64,000 bases of DNA from Candidatus Babeliales bacterium (GTDB lineage Bacteria; Babelota; Babeliae; Babelales; UASB340), in contig JAGLWI010000005.1 of assembly GCA_023133515.1 (NCBI GenBank), positions 70,548 to 134,547 on the forward strand, in the 5' to 3' direction. The position numbers were made by a program, and so were the translations under genes. Below the pieces are notes generated by a model that worked only from the letters and a program-made list of their open reading frames with translations, ran no database searches and was not told the DNA's origin. Below are positions 1 through 8,772 of the stretch, in pieces (the stretch's first letter is position 1; each line of letters opens with the position of its first letter).

Positions 1-88
1 TTGGAGATGATAAATATAATTTATAAAAATATTTAATATTTTTTCTAATTCACTAAAAGTAAAATACTATTTTTGCTCACAGTAACAC

Positions 89-844
89 TTACAGAAAAGA
101 ATGATTAATCATCAAAAATTTAACAAATAATGATGTCGCAAAACAAAATGATAAAATTCCAACAATAAATTTGAATGTCCAAAATTTATCTGATTTTTCG
201 AAAAAACAATATAGTGAAAATAAAAACAAAAGTATTAAAATAAACAAAATAAAATTAGGACAATTCAAAGAGTTTTTATTACTTAATTTTTTTTCTAAAA
301 AATTATTGTCATTTCTACAATCATTATCAATTTTAGTATTTAATCTCTTTATATCTACAGTTTTTAAATTATCTACTTTATGCTTCTTTTTATAAATTTT
401 ATTCACATTTTTATCAAATAATTTTATTAACAAATTTTCAGGTTTTGTTTTTCCATTTTGCTCTAAAACCAAACAAGAAATATTTAAAAAAGTATTACAT
501 AGCTCATCTTTAATTATCTTTTTATCATTACTTAAAAATTTTAACTCCAATTCAACATCAAAAGATTTTACAAAAATCTCTTTTTCTGACATGAAAGCTT
601 GAATATATTCAACTTTAGGATCACTTTTTAATTTCCAATTTTTTACCAAGACTTTAGGATGATCAACAGAAAAAGAAAGATGATTTTTGTATACAGCGCA
701 ATTTGTATCCAACTCTATCAAAATATTTAAACTAGTTGTTTTTATAATGTCATCTAATTTATCAAGAACAACAACTTTTTTAATTGAAAACAAATTGATA
801 TAAACAAAAAACTGAAATAAAAAAAATATAATAATTTTTTTCAT
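89..844 (-). CDS. hypothetical secreted/membrane protein
   Basis: 251 aa ORF. N-terminal hydrophobic signal-like segment (MKKIIIFFLFQFFVYINLFS) and C-terminal hydrophobic helices. 4-nt overlap (841-844) with the upstream acyltransferase gene suggests co-transcription. No family recognised. Confidence 0.45.
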   Translation of the reverse strand: MKKIIIFFLFQFFVYINLFSIKKVVVLDKLDDIIKTTSLNILIELDTNCAVYKNHLSFSVDHPKVLVKNWKLKSDPKVEYIQAFMSEKEIFVKSFDVELELKFLSNDKKIIKDELCNTFLNISCLVLEQNGKTKPENLLIKLFDKNVNKIYKKKHKVDNLKTVDIKRLNTKIDNDCRNDNNFLEKKLSNKNSLNCPNFILFILILLFLFSLYCFFEKSDKFWTFKFIVGILSFCFATSLFVKFLMINHSFL

Positions 845-1683
845 AAAATATTTTTAAATCTTCTATGCGCCCACATCCAATGATTTGGGTTTTTACGTAT
901 AACTTTTTCTAGAATATTGTTACTTGCAAGAGCCATTCGGTATTCTGCATCATCAAATTTTATAAAATCTTGTGGGTATAAAGGATCAAAAAACTCAACA
1001 CAATAACTAGAAAGATTTTTTTTAAAAATAAAACCAGGAACAATTGGTGCTCCAATCTTTAAACTTAATTTTATAAAAGCTGTATGTGTCCAAACTTTAT
1101 AACCAAAAAAAGGAACCTTTAATCCATCCACAGGAAAACAATGTTGATCAGTTATAAATGAAACAACTTCTCCATGCTTTAATGTTTTATAAACAGTTAA
1201 AAGAGAATTATATTTGGATATTAAAATATTACCTCCAATTTCCCTTTTTTTCTTAACAAATTTTTCAAGCCAATAAAATTTTTTTATTGGTGTATACAAA
1301 ATAAGACTTTTAAAACCTATAGTCGCCAAAAAATGCGCTGCTAATTCCCAACTACCAAAATGAGCAGTAGAAAGAATTAATCCATTACATTGTTTTAAAA
1401 CTTTTTCAAAATGATAAAAGTTTTTAATTTTTACATATTTTTCAATTCTTTTTTTTGTATAAAAATTTAAAAGTAAAAAATCAGCTAAACTATGTCCTAA
1501 GCTTATAAAACTGTCTCTTGCTATTTTTTTATTTTTTTTTCTATCACTTTTATTTTTAATTGGAAAACACAAATTTAAATTATTAATTGCAATCTTTCTT
1601 CGTTTTCTCGAAAAATAAAAACCAATCCAAAACGCAAATCTACATGATAAAATTATTAGAAATCTAAAAGTTGCAAATATCAT
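841..1683 (-). CDS. lipid A / lysophospholipid acyltransferase (LpxL/HtrB-type)
   Basis: 280 aa. N-terminal TM segment and an HFGSWE (H-x4-E) acyltransferase motif. Size typical of late lipid A acyltransferases. Confidence 0.65.
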   Translation of the reverse strand: MIFATFRFLIILSCRFAFWIGFYFSRKRRKIAINNLNLCFPIKNKSDRKKNKKIARDSFISLGHSLADFLLLNFYTKKRIEKYVKIKNFYHFEKVLKQCNGLILSTAHFGSWELAAHFLATIGFKSLILYTPIKKFYWLEKFVKKKREIGGNILISKYNSLLTVYKTLKHGEVVSFITDQHCFPVDGLKVPFFGYKVWTHTAFIKLSLKIGAPIVPGFIFKKNLSSYCVEFFDPLYPQDFIKFDDAEYRMALASNNILEKVIRKNPNHWMWAHRRFKNIL

Positions 1684-1790
1684 TCTTTTCCTTTAAGGTG
1701 GTACCTTTATCACATTTATTAATTAATCACATAAAAAAGAAAACAAATATATTCTAATAGGTTTTTTACTTAAACAAAAGAGGAAAAGCC

Positions 1791-3170
1791 ATGGCCAACA
1801 AATTTAGAAAGATAATTGATAGTGGAGATTCTATAAAAGATATTTTATATTACTGGTTTCCAGAAATGATATCTAATACAATGTTAATCTCTCTTCCCCC
1901 ATTAATAGATGCATACATTGTTGCAAGCCTAAAATCAACAATGACATATGGTGCACTTGGCATGGCAAACAATTTTTTACATGTATTAATCAAACTTGCG
2001 GAAGCTATTCCAGTTGCTGCTATTGTAACAGTAGGAAGACATAATGGAGCAAAAAGATATGAAAGCTGTGGTAAAAATTTGGGTGATACATTTTGGACAA
2101 CAACATTTATAGGCATTGTTTTAGCATCTTTAATTTTTTTTAATTCCGAAAATATTTTTAGATGGTTAGGGGTACCAGAACATATGGTGAGCCTGGGGGT
2201 TCCATTTCTCAGATTAAAATCTGTAGTAATACTTCTCATTTTTATATCATTAGGTTTTTTTGCATTTATGAGGGGAGTTAAAAACACTAGAACTCCAATG
2301 ATCATATATTCAATAAGTATGATTGTTTTTATATTTTTTGATTGGACATTAGTTCTTGGAAAATTTGGATTTAATAAAATGGGACTAATGGGATCTGGAA
2401 TTGCATCTATAATTCAATATTGCATTATAATATTAATATCAATTTGGTACATAACAACAAAAAAAGAATACAAAAAATATTTTACAAAAATATTCTTTTT
2501 AAGATTTTCTACTAAAAGAGTATACCGTATATTAAATCTTAGCTGGCCTATAATGATTGATAAAGGATCATTAGCAGTATCATATGTATGGTTAAGCAAA
2601 ATGATTGCTCCAATGGGAAAATATGCTATTGTAACATTTGATGTTATAAAAAATTTGGAAAGATGTGCAATTTTACCTGCAGTAGGTTTTGCACAAATAA
2701 TAATATTTCTGGTAAGCAATAGACTTGGTGCACAAGATCCAGATGGAGCAAAATCAAATATAAAAAAAGTTATGATCATAACAGCTCTTATGCTTACTGT
2801 TACTCTTTCATTTTTATGTTTATTTTCAAAAAACCTTGTTGGTCTTTTTGACCCAAATATGGAATTTAGTTATTTGGCAGCCCCCGCTCTTGTTATAATA
2901 AGCATGTTAGTTATATTAGATTTTGTGCAACTTATACTTGCAGGATCTTTAAGAGGTGCAGGTGACGTAAAAACAGTGATGCTGGCAAGAGTCTGCTGTT
3001 TTGGATTATTTTTTACACCAACAGTTTATATAATATCAAAATTACCAATACAAAATGAGATTACAAAATTTGTAATGCTTTATGGTTCTTTCTATGTCAC
3101 AACAGGATTAGTAGGAATTATTTTTTTATGGCGCATAAAAACCCCAAAATGGCAAAACAAAAAAATATAA
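1791..3170 (+). CDS. MATE-family multidrug/toxin efflux transporter
   Basis: 459 aa polytopic membrane protein with about 12 hydrophobic helices. MATE-like segments (LIDAYIVASL, SLRGAGDVKT). Confidence 0.7.
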   Translation: MANKFRKIIDSGDSIKDILYYWFPEMISNTMLISLPPLIDAYIVASLKSTMTYGALGMANNFLHVLIKLAEAIPVAAIVTVGRHNGAKRYESCGKNLGDTFWTTTFIGIVLASLIFFNSENIFRWLGVPEHMVSLGVPFLRLKSVVILLIFISLGFFAFMRGVKNTRTPMIIYSISMIVFIFFDWTLVLGKFGFNKMGLMGSGIASIIQYCIIILISIWYITTKKEYKKYFTKIFFLRFSTKRVYRILNLSWPIMIDKGSLAVSYVWLSKMIAPMGKYAIVTFDVIKNLERCAILPAVGFAQIIIFLVSNRLGAQDPDGAKSNIKKVMIITALMLTVTLSFLCLFSKNLVGLFDPNMEFSYLAAPALVIISMLVILDFVQLILAGSLRGAGDVKTVMLARVCCFGLFFTPTVYIISKLPIQNEITKFVMLYGSFYVTTGLVGIIFLWRIKTPKWQNKKI

Positions 3171-3185
3171 AAGGATATTTATTTT

Positions 3186-4529
3186 ATGCAAAATTTTATT
3201 CAGAAAATTGCTGAACTTATTCCGCTTTCCATTGCAATGTTCATATTGGCAGGAACAATTATTCTAACAATAAAAACACGTTTTGTTCAATTCAGAGCAA
3301 TTCCTAAAATGATATCGCTATTGTACAATAGTATTTTTAAAAAGAAAAAAAGTGAAAATAATAAACATACTATAGAAGCTTATAAAGCCCTTTTTATAGC
3401 AATGTCTACGTCTATTGGAATAGGAAATATTGTCTCTCCAGTAATAGCAATAAAATTGGGAGGTCCGGGAGCACTTTTTGGTTTCTTTCTTGCAAGCCTT
3501 TTTGGAAGCGCCTCAACTTTTACAGAAGTTTCAATGGCATTAAAATTCCGCAAAAAAAATCCTGATGGAACAATCAGTGGCGGCCCAATGCAATACATAA
3601 AAGAAGTACTTCCATCATACTTTTCTTTGATATACGCTGTAGCTGGTTTTTTTACTCTTATAGTATGGTCAAGCAATCAAGCAAATGCATTATCAGATCT
3701 TTTACAAGCTAGATATATTCCAAAATATGTAACAGGAATTGTTCTTTCTATTGTAATAACATACGTATTAATAGGTGGAATAAAAAGAATTGGAAATCTT
3801 TCAGCAAAAATTGTTCCTATAATGTTTTTACTTTATTGTAGCGCAACACTTTGGATAATTTTTAACAACATAGAAAAATTACCAGAAGTTTTTAATTTAA
3901 TTTTAAGATCTGCTTTTAGTCCAAAAGCCATAGCAGGTGCAGGTGTTGGATATGGTATACAAACAGCATTACGTTGGGGCCTTGCAAAAGGATTTTTTGC
4001 AAACGAATCTGGTCTTGGAACCTCAACTATTCCACATTCCATGTCTCAAACAAATATTCCTATAAATCAAGGAATTTTATCAATGGTAGCCGTTTACTCA
4101 AACGGTTTTTTATGCCTTCTCTCAGGACTTGTTGTATTGGTTACAGGAACCTGGACTAATCCAGAACTTGGTATTGGAATAAATATTCTTGCAAAAGCAT
4201 TTACTTTATATTTTTCAACACCAGGAATAATTATTTTAATTTTAAGTGCTTTCCTTTTTGCTTTTGGAACAACCGTAGGAAACAGTTATAATGGTAGTCA
4301 ATGTTTTTTATACGTTACTAACAATAGATTTTTAAAACAGTATTATTTTCTAATAGCACTAGTTGTATTTTTAGGAGCAATATCAGATGTTGAATTTCTT
4401 GCAACAATTACCGACTTTTTCCTGATACCTCTTGCAATTCCAAACATTCTTGGAGTATTAATTTTGGCATTTAAAAGGAGCGATCTGATCGATATTAATG
4501 CACGGGTAGAACAAAAGCAAAAATCTTAA
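3186..4529 (+). CDS. sodium:alanine/glycine symporter (AGCS family)
   Basis: 447 aa polytopic protein. SIGIGNIVSPVIAIKLGGPGALF resembles the AGCS signature (GTGNI...GGPGA.FWMW). Confidence 0.7.
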   Translation: MQNFIQKIAELIPLSIAMFILAGTIILTIKTRFVQFRAIPKMISLLYNSIFKKKKSENNKHTIEAYKALFIAMSTSIGIGNIVSPVIAIKLGGPGALFGFFLASLFGSASTFTEVSMALKFRKKNPDGTISGGPMQYIKEVLPSYFSLIYAVAGFFTLIVWSSNQANALSDLLQARYIPKYVTGIVLSIVITYVLIGGIKRIGNLSAKIVPIMFLLYCSATLWIIFNNIEKLPEVFNLILRSAFSPKAIAGAGVGYGIQTALRWGLAKGFFANESGLGTSTIPHSMSQTNIPINQGILSMVAVYSNGFLCLLSGLVVLVTGTWTNPELGIGINILAKAFTLYFSTPGIIILILSAFLFAFGTTVGNSYNGSQCFLYVTNNRFLKQYYFLIALVVFLGAISDVEFLATITDFFLIPLAIPNILGVLILAFKRSDLIDINARVEQKQKS

Positions 4530-4615
4530 TTTTTCATCAAGATTATAATAATTCAGTTTTCTGCTATAATATAACAATTGATATAAAATAATATTACCAA
4601 AATAAAGGAAACTGC

Positions 4616-4897
4616 ATGATTCAATTTGACAAAGAAGAATTATTAAAAATTGCAAATCTTGCAGCTTTAAAACTAAATGAAAAAGAGGTTGCTGAATTTC
4701 TAAAACAAATTCAGCTTGTTTTAGATTATACAAAAGAATTAGACCAAGTTAAACTTGCAAAAGAGGTTGCTCCAATAAAAAACGTTAATGTTTTTCGACA
4801 AGATAAGGCAATACTAAAAGATTCTTCAGATCTTCTATCCCTAGCACCACGAACACAAGATTCATATTTTGTAGTTCCTAAGATATTAAAAAATTAA
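4616..4897 (+). CDS. gatC: Asp/Glu-tRNA amidotransferase subunit C
   Basis: 93 aa with GatC-like N-terminus (LKIANLAALKLNEKEVAEF). AAGGA Shine-Dalgarno upstream. Lies directly upstream of gatA. Confidence 0.8.
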   Translation: MIQFDKEELLKIANLAALKLNEKEVAEFLKQIQLVLDYTKELDQVKLAKEVAPIKNVNVFRQDKAILKDSSDLLSLAPRTQDSYFVVPKILKN

Positions 4898-4956
4898 TAC
4901 TTTCAAAAAATAAATAATTATATAAAAAAACTTTGAGAATATAAGGATTAAAACTT

Positions 4957-6402
4957 ATGAAACCTTTTTTAACAATAAAAGAGTTAAAAAAAAAATTAAT
5001 CAAAAAAGAGTTAAGTATAAAAGAGGTTATAAAGTTTTATACTGATAGATTAAAAAAATTCGAAAAAAAATTACAATCTACTTTAGAAATTTTTGAAGTA
5101 GAACTCCCAAATACAGAAACATATGACCAAAACAAAGCCCTCTTCTCAATTCCAGGATTATTAAAAGACAATATTTGTCAAAAAGGGAAAATCGTATCAT
5201 GCGGATCTAAAATATTGGCAAATTACAAAGCCCCATATGATGCTACTGTTGTTCAACAACTTAAAGAACAAGGTGCTATAATTTTAGGTAGAGCTAATAT
5301 GGACGAATTTGCCATGGGAAGCTCCGGTGAATATTCTGCATATAAAATTACACTTAATCCTTGGAATACAAATCTTGTTCCAGGTGGTTCTAGTGCTGGA
5401 TCTGCTGCCGCTGTTGCGGCAGGACTTGTTCCATGGGCACTAGGTTCTGAGACTGGAGGATCTGTTCGTCAACCAGCAGCTTTTTGTGGATTAGTTGGAC
5501 TTTATCCTACTTACGGAACAAACTCAAGATATGGTTTAGTCGCATTTACTTCATCTACAGATCAGATAGCTCCGTTAACAAAAACAGTTTACGATAATGC
5601 ACTAATTTCTACTGTGCTTTCTGGTAATGATCCAAAAGATACAACTTCTCTTTTTAGAAAAAAAGTTGACTATACTAAAAACCTAAGTAAAAAGTTTCCA
5701 CAAAATTTAACTTTAGGTGTAATACAAGATTCTATTGAATCAGAAGGAGTAGATGATCAAATAAAACAAACTTTTAAAAATGCAATAGATCATTTAGAAA
5801 AACTTGGAGCAAAAATTAAATATATTAACCTTCCTGATTTAAAATATGGAATATCAATTTATTTTATTATTAGCAGAGCTGAAGCAGCATCCAACCTTTC
5901 ACGTTTTGATGGATCTTTATATGGAATGAGAGTAGATCAATCAAAAGGATTAAAAGAAATGTATATCAATACAAGACATGATGGCTTTGGTATAGAGGTA
6001 AAAAGAAGATTGTTAATGGGAAATTACGTTCTTTCAGCAAGCCATAAAGAAGCATTTTATAACAAAGCAGATCATATTAGAGCAATGCTAAGGGCAGAAT
6101 TTGAAGATGCATTTACGCAAGTAGATCTACTTGTAAGTCCAACTACACCAACATTGCCTTTTCAAATAGGTAAGATGTGTCAAGATCCACTTGCAATGTA
6201 CATGGCAGATTATTTTACAGTTCCAAACTGCATAACTGGAAACCCCGCACTTTCTATTCCATGTGGATTTTCAAAAGAGAATCTACCAATTGGATTTCAA
6301 TTCATAGGCCCAAGATTATCAGAAGAACTGATATATCAAGTTGCATACGCTTATGAACAAAGTACAGATTACCATTTAAAACACCCTGTTGGATTTGAAT
6401 AA
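4957..6402 (+). CDS. gatA: Asp/Glu-tRNA amidotransferase subunit A
   Basis: 481 aa. Amidase signature GGSSAGSAAAVAAG and GSETGGSVRQPAAFCG. Confidence 0.9.
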   Translation: MKPFLTIKELKKKLIKKELSIKEVIKFYTDRLKKFEKKLQSTLEIFEVELPNTETYDQNKALFSIPGLLKDNICQKGKIVSCGSKILANYKAPYDATVVQQLKEQGAIILGRANMDEFAMGSSGEYSAYKITLNPWNTNLVPGGSSAGSAAAVAAGLVPWALGSETGGSVRQPAAFCGLVGLYPTYGTNSRYGLVAFTSSTDQIAPLTKTVYDNALISTVLSGNDPKDTTSLFRKKVDYTKNLSKKFPQNLTLGVIQDSIESEGVDDQIKQTFKNAIDHLEKLGAKIKYINLPDLKYGISIYFIISRAEAASNLSRFDGSLYGMRVDQSKGLKEMYINTRHDGFGIEVKRRLLMGNYVLSASHKEAFYNKADHIRAMLRAEFEDAFTQVDLLVSPTTPTLPFQIGKMCQDPLAMYMADYFTVPNCITGNPALSIPCGFSKENLPIGFQFIGPRLSEELIYQVAYAYEQSTDYHLKHPVGFE

Positions 6403-6417
6403 AAATTATAAAATAAA

Positions 6418-7266
6418 ATGAATCCAAAAAATGGATTTAAAAAAAAATTAACAAAAAAATGGAAAAGAAAAATTATATTAACAATAACAATAATCCTACT
6501 TTTCTTTTTCATTTTAAATCGCATCTTTTTTTTCAAAAAAAGTTTTCTTGAAAACTTCGCAGGCAATTTAATATATCCAGTAATATTCGTATCAAGTAAT
6601 ATCAAATGTTTTGCTAACCATTTTTTTCAAAAAAGAAAAAATTATAAAGAACTTGAAAAAAAATATAAAATTTTAAAAACAGAAAAAGAAAAATTGCTTA
6701 AGCAAAATATCAAATTGAAAGCAAGTTTACACTACAATTCACTTACTAAAGATATTTTAGATTTTCAAAAAAGATACGATCTAAAAACAGCAATGTTATC
6801 AAAAATACTTGTAAAAAACTTTACATCACAAGAACATTATTTTTTAATAAACAAAGGAAGTAAAGATGGAATTCAAAAAAATATGTTGGGTATATATAAA
6901 TTTCAAATAGTTGGAAAAATAGTTGATGTTTTTAGATGGTACAGTAAAATGGTTTTAATCACGGACAAAAATTGTAAAGTAGCTGCTTTTACAAACAAAA
7001 CAAATGCCCAAGGAATTGTAATTGGACAAAATATAAAAAATCAACTTAAAATGGATTATGTAAATCATCTTTCTTCTATGGAAAAAGACGATTTTGTAAT
7101 ATCAAGCGGCCATGGATTAATATTTCCAGAAGGATTTTGTTTAGGAAAAATAAAAGATTATAAAACTGAAGGAGTTTACCACAAAATAACAGTTGAACCT
7201 TTAGTAGATTTTTCAACACTCAAATTCTGTTTGTTGATAAATCAAGAAAAAATTACCTCTTTCTAG
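6418..7266 (+). CDS. mreC: rod shape-determining protein MreC
   Basis: 282 aa. N-terminal TM anchor, coiled-coil ([21 protein letters not shown]), then a beta-rich C-terminal domain ([13 protein letters not shown]...GIVIG). Confidence 0.6.
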   Translation: MNPKNGFKKKLTKKWKRKIILTITIILLFFFILNRIFFFKKSFLENFAGNLIYPVIFVSSNIKCFANHFFQKRKNYKELEKKYKILKTEKEKLLKQNIKLKASLHYNSLTKDILDFQKRYDLKTAMLSKILVKNFTSQEHYFLINKGSKDGIQKNMLGIYKFQIVGKIVDVFRWYSKMVLITDKNCKVAAFTNKTNAQGIVIGQNIKNQLKMDYVNHLSSMEKDDFVISSGHGLIFPEGFCLGKIKDYKTEGVYHKITVEPLVDFSTLKFCLLINQEKITSF

Positions 7267-7308
7267 CCAATTTTCCTTTTTTTTGATACAAAATATAAAT
7301 ATGCTTTT

Positions 7309-7385
7309 GCGCCTGTAGCTCAATTGGATAGAGTAGCGGACTTCGAATCCGAAGGTTGCAGGTTCGAGTCCTGCCAGGCGCACCA
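7309..7385 (+). tRNA. tRNA-Arg (anticodon TCG)
   Basis: Hand-folded 77-nt cloverleaf: acceptor GCGCCTG/CAGGCGC, anticodon loop CTTCGAA, T-arm GCAGG-TTCGAGT-CCTGC, encoded CCA. Confidence 0.9.
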
Positions 7386-7453
7386 GCCTTCGCTCATAGT
7401 AATGAGCTTCCACCGTCGCTAAAGCTATGGTGGACACGGTCGGTTGGCATGCC
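7386..7453. repeat. GC-rich hairpin repeat (family 1) abutting tRNA-Arg
   Basis: Starts GCCTTCGC immediately after the CCA. Internal stems GCTCAT/ATGAGC and CCACC(7410-7414)/GGTGG(7429-7433). Ends GGCATGCC followed by a T-run. Confidence 0.75.
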
Positions 7454-7534
7454 ATTTTTTTAAAAAATATATAGAAAATTATATATCTATAATCTAAATT
7501 ATAGTATTGCAAGCCAACTTTTAAACAAATTTTT

Positions 7535-7611
7535 GTGCCTATAGCTCAGGTGGATAGAGCGAACGATTCCTAATCGTTAGGTCGCAGGTTCGAGTCCTGC
7601 TAGGCACACCA
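7535..7611 (+). tRNA. tRNA-Arg (anticodon CCT)
   Basis: 77-nt cloverleaf: acceptor GTGCCTA/TAGGCAC, anticodon loop TTCCTAA, the same T-arm as the other Arg tRNAs, encoded CCA. Confidence 0.9.
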
Positions 7612-7733
7612 GCTTTCGCCAAGGCTTACGCCGTCGCATAAAGCTATGGCGCACAGGTCAGCTGGCACGGCCAGCCTTCGCCAAGGCTTCCGTCTTCACA
7701 TAAAACTTCAACAAACAAAACCTGGCAAGCAAA
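7612..7733. repeat. two tandem units of the GC-rich hairpin repeat (family 1)
   Basis: GCTTTCGCCAAGGCTT-ACGCC-GTCGCATAAAGCTA-TGGCG-CACAGGTCAGCTGGCACGGCCA, then a second, AT-decayed unit GCCTTCGCCAAGGCTTCCGTCTTCACATAAAACTTC...CCTGGCAAGC. Confidence 0.75.
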
Positions 7734-7891
7734 CTAACTACCTTAAAATTCAAATAGAACAAATTATAATTTTCTAAATAAATTTCTTCTCTACAAGTAA
7801 AAAACTACCCCCATTTTTCTTTCATATAAACCAAGAGTAAAATAATAGTAAGGCTAAGGTTATTTGAAAAATATCTAAAATATGGGGGGAT
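7734..7891 (+). promoter_or_regulatory. conserved 5' leader/promoter region of secreted module, copy A
   Basis: Roughly 90% identical by eye to 15802-15960. Contains TATAAT (about 7775-7780), C5 (7808-7812) complementary to the G6 run/SD (7884-7889), and AATATGGGGGGATATG at the start site. Confidence 0.6.
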
Positions 7892-8665
7892 ATGAAAATG
7901 AAAAAAATAGTATTTTCAATTATATTGCTATCATTGGTTTCTCTGGGGTTTGTGAAATGTAAAAAGAGTAATGATCTTGCCCAGCAATCACTTGACGCAC
8001 TTGCATTAAAGGTGGCAGAATTGGAGGGTATGCTCAAAAAAATAGAAAACGAAAAGAGTAAAAGTTCAGATAAGAGAGTTTCTTCAGACCTTATCAATCA
8101 GGTTCTTAATAACGCAAAATATGTATCACAATTTCTTTTTGATCAGTTTAAATTTTTTATGGATAAAGGAGATAAGGTTATTTCTAAAAAGTTTTTCATA
8201 GGAGTAATGTTTCTTATTGGGCCTCTTTTGTTGCTTGAAAATAAAGTGCTTGGACTTGGCATGACAAGTGCCATTATAAAAAAGATCACAGGAATTTTTG
8301 TACATGGAGGAAAGGAAGTAGCAAAAGACGTTGTTGATGTGGTAGTTGATGAAGTCAAATCGGATCTCTGGTTTGTTGCAAAGTTAGGGGGAATTTGGGT
8401 TGGTATTAAAGCAGCAGGATCTTTTGCGTCTTCGTTAGCGACGAAGATCGGGGGCAATGCTGGTGAAATTTTGACCAAACATTCCACATTAAGTAAATTA
8501 TCTGCAACAACAGGAGCTGTTATTGCTGCTGTTACGGCTCCAAAAGCACTGGTTGTTACTGTTCCATTATTTTTATTGCACAGATATTATTCTCATAATC
8601 ATGTAATCCCAAATTGGCAGGAAGCGTACCAGGATTTTGGACTTAATTATATTTTTGGATCTTAA
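7892..8665 (+). CDS. orphan signal-anchored protein, module gene 1 (copy A)
   Basis: 257 aa. Hydrophobic N-terminus MKMKKIVFSIILLSLVSLGFVKC, coiled-coil segment, and Gly/Ala-rich hydrophobic C-terminal half (GGIWVGIKAAGSFASSLATKIGG). Paralog of 15961..16623. The true start may be the second ATG at 7898. Confidence 0.6.
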   Translation: MKMKKIVFSIILLSLVSLGFVKCKKSNDLAQQSLDALALKVAELEGMLKKIENEKSKSSDKRVSSDLINQVLNNAKYVSQFLFDQFKFFMDKGDKVISKKFFIGVMFLIGPLLLLENKVLGLGMTSAIIKKITGIFVHGGKEVAKDVVDVVVDEVKSDLWFVAKLGGIWVGIKAAGSFASSLATKIGGNAGEILTKHSTLSKLSATTGAVIAAVTAPKALVVTVPLFLLHRYYSHNHVIPNWQEAYQDFGLNYIFGS

Positions 8666-8772
8666 GAAAGCCTTGCTATTGTTGATGTACTTTTCTAAAT
8701 TGTACCTTACTATATAATATAGTTTGTAATAATATGTTTTTTAGTTTTTTAAAAGTACAAGGAAATTAAAGC

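Noticed and set aside
171-395. ORF 171..395 (plus strand, 74 aa)
   Set aside because: It is antisense to the longer signal-peptide ORF 89..844, which is translationally coupled to the acyltransferase gene. No independent support.
1850-2779. Antisense ORFs 1850..2305 and 2414..2779 inside the MATE transporter gene. The same applies to similar nested antisense ORFs elsewhere, e.g. 3380..3676, 8143..8487, 23690..24187, 28720..29088, 31654..32010, 43034..43300 and 54447..54734.
   Set aside because: Each is fully contained within a longer ORF on the opposite strand that has clear family motifs. They have low-complexity composition typical of AT-rich antisense frames, no RBS and no recognisable motifs.
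7213-7512. ORF 7213..7512 (minus strand), and ORF 55725..55931 (plus strand)
   Set aside because: Both overlap well-folded tRNA genes and GC-rich repeat units. The open frames are a by-product of the GC-rich tRNA and repeat sequence.
7309-7611. tRNA-Arg pair as the attachment site of an integrated prophage or integrative element
   Set aside because: There is no integrase, no phage or conjugation genes, and no duplicated tRNA 3' fragment within the window. Only the weaker 'decayed island / plasticity zone' interpretation is reported.
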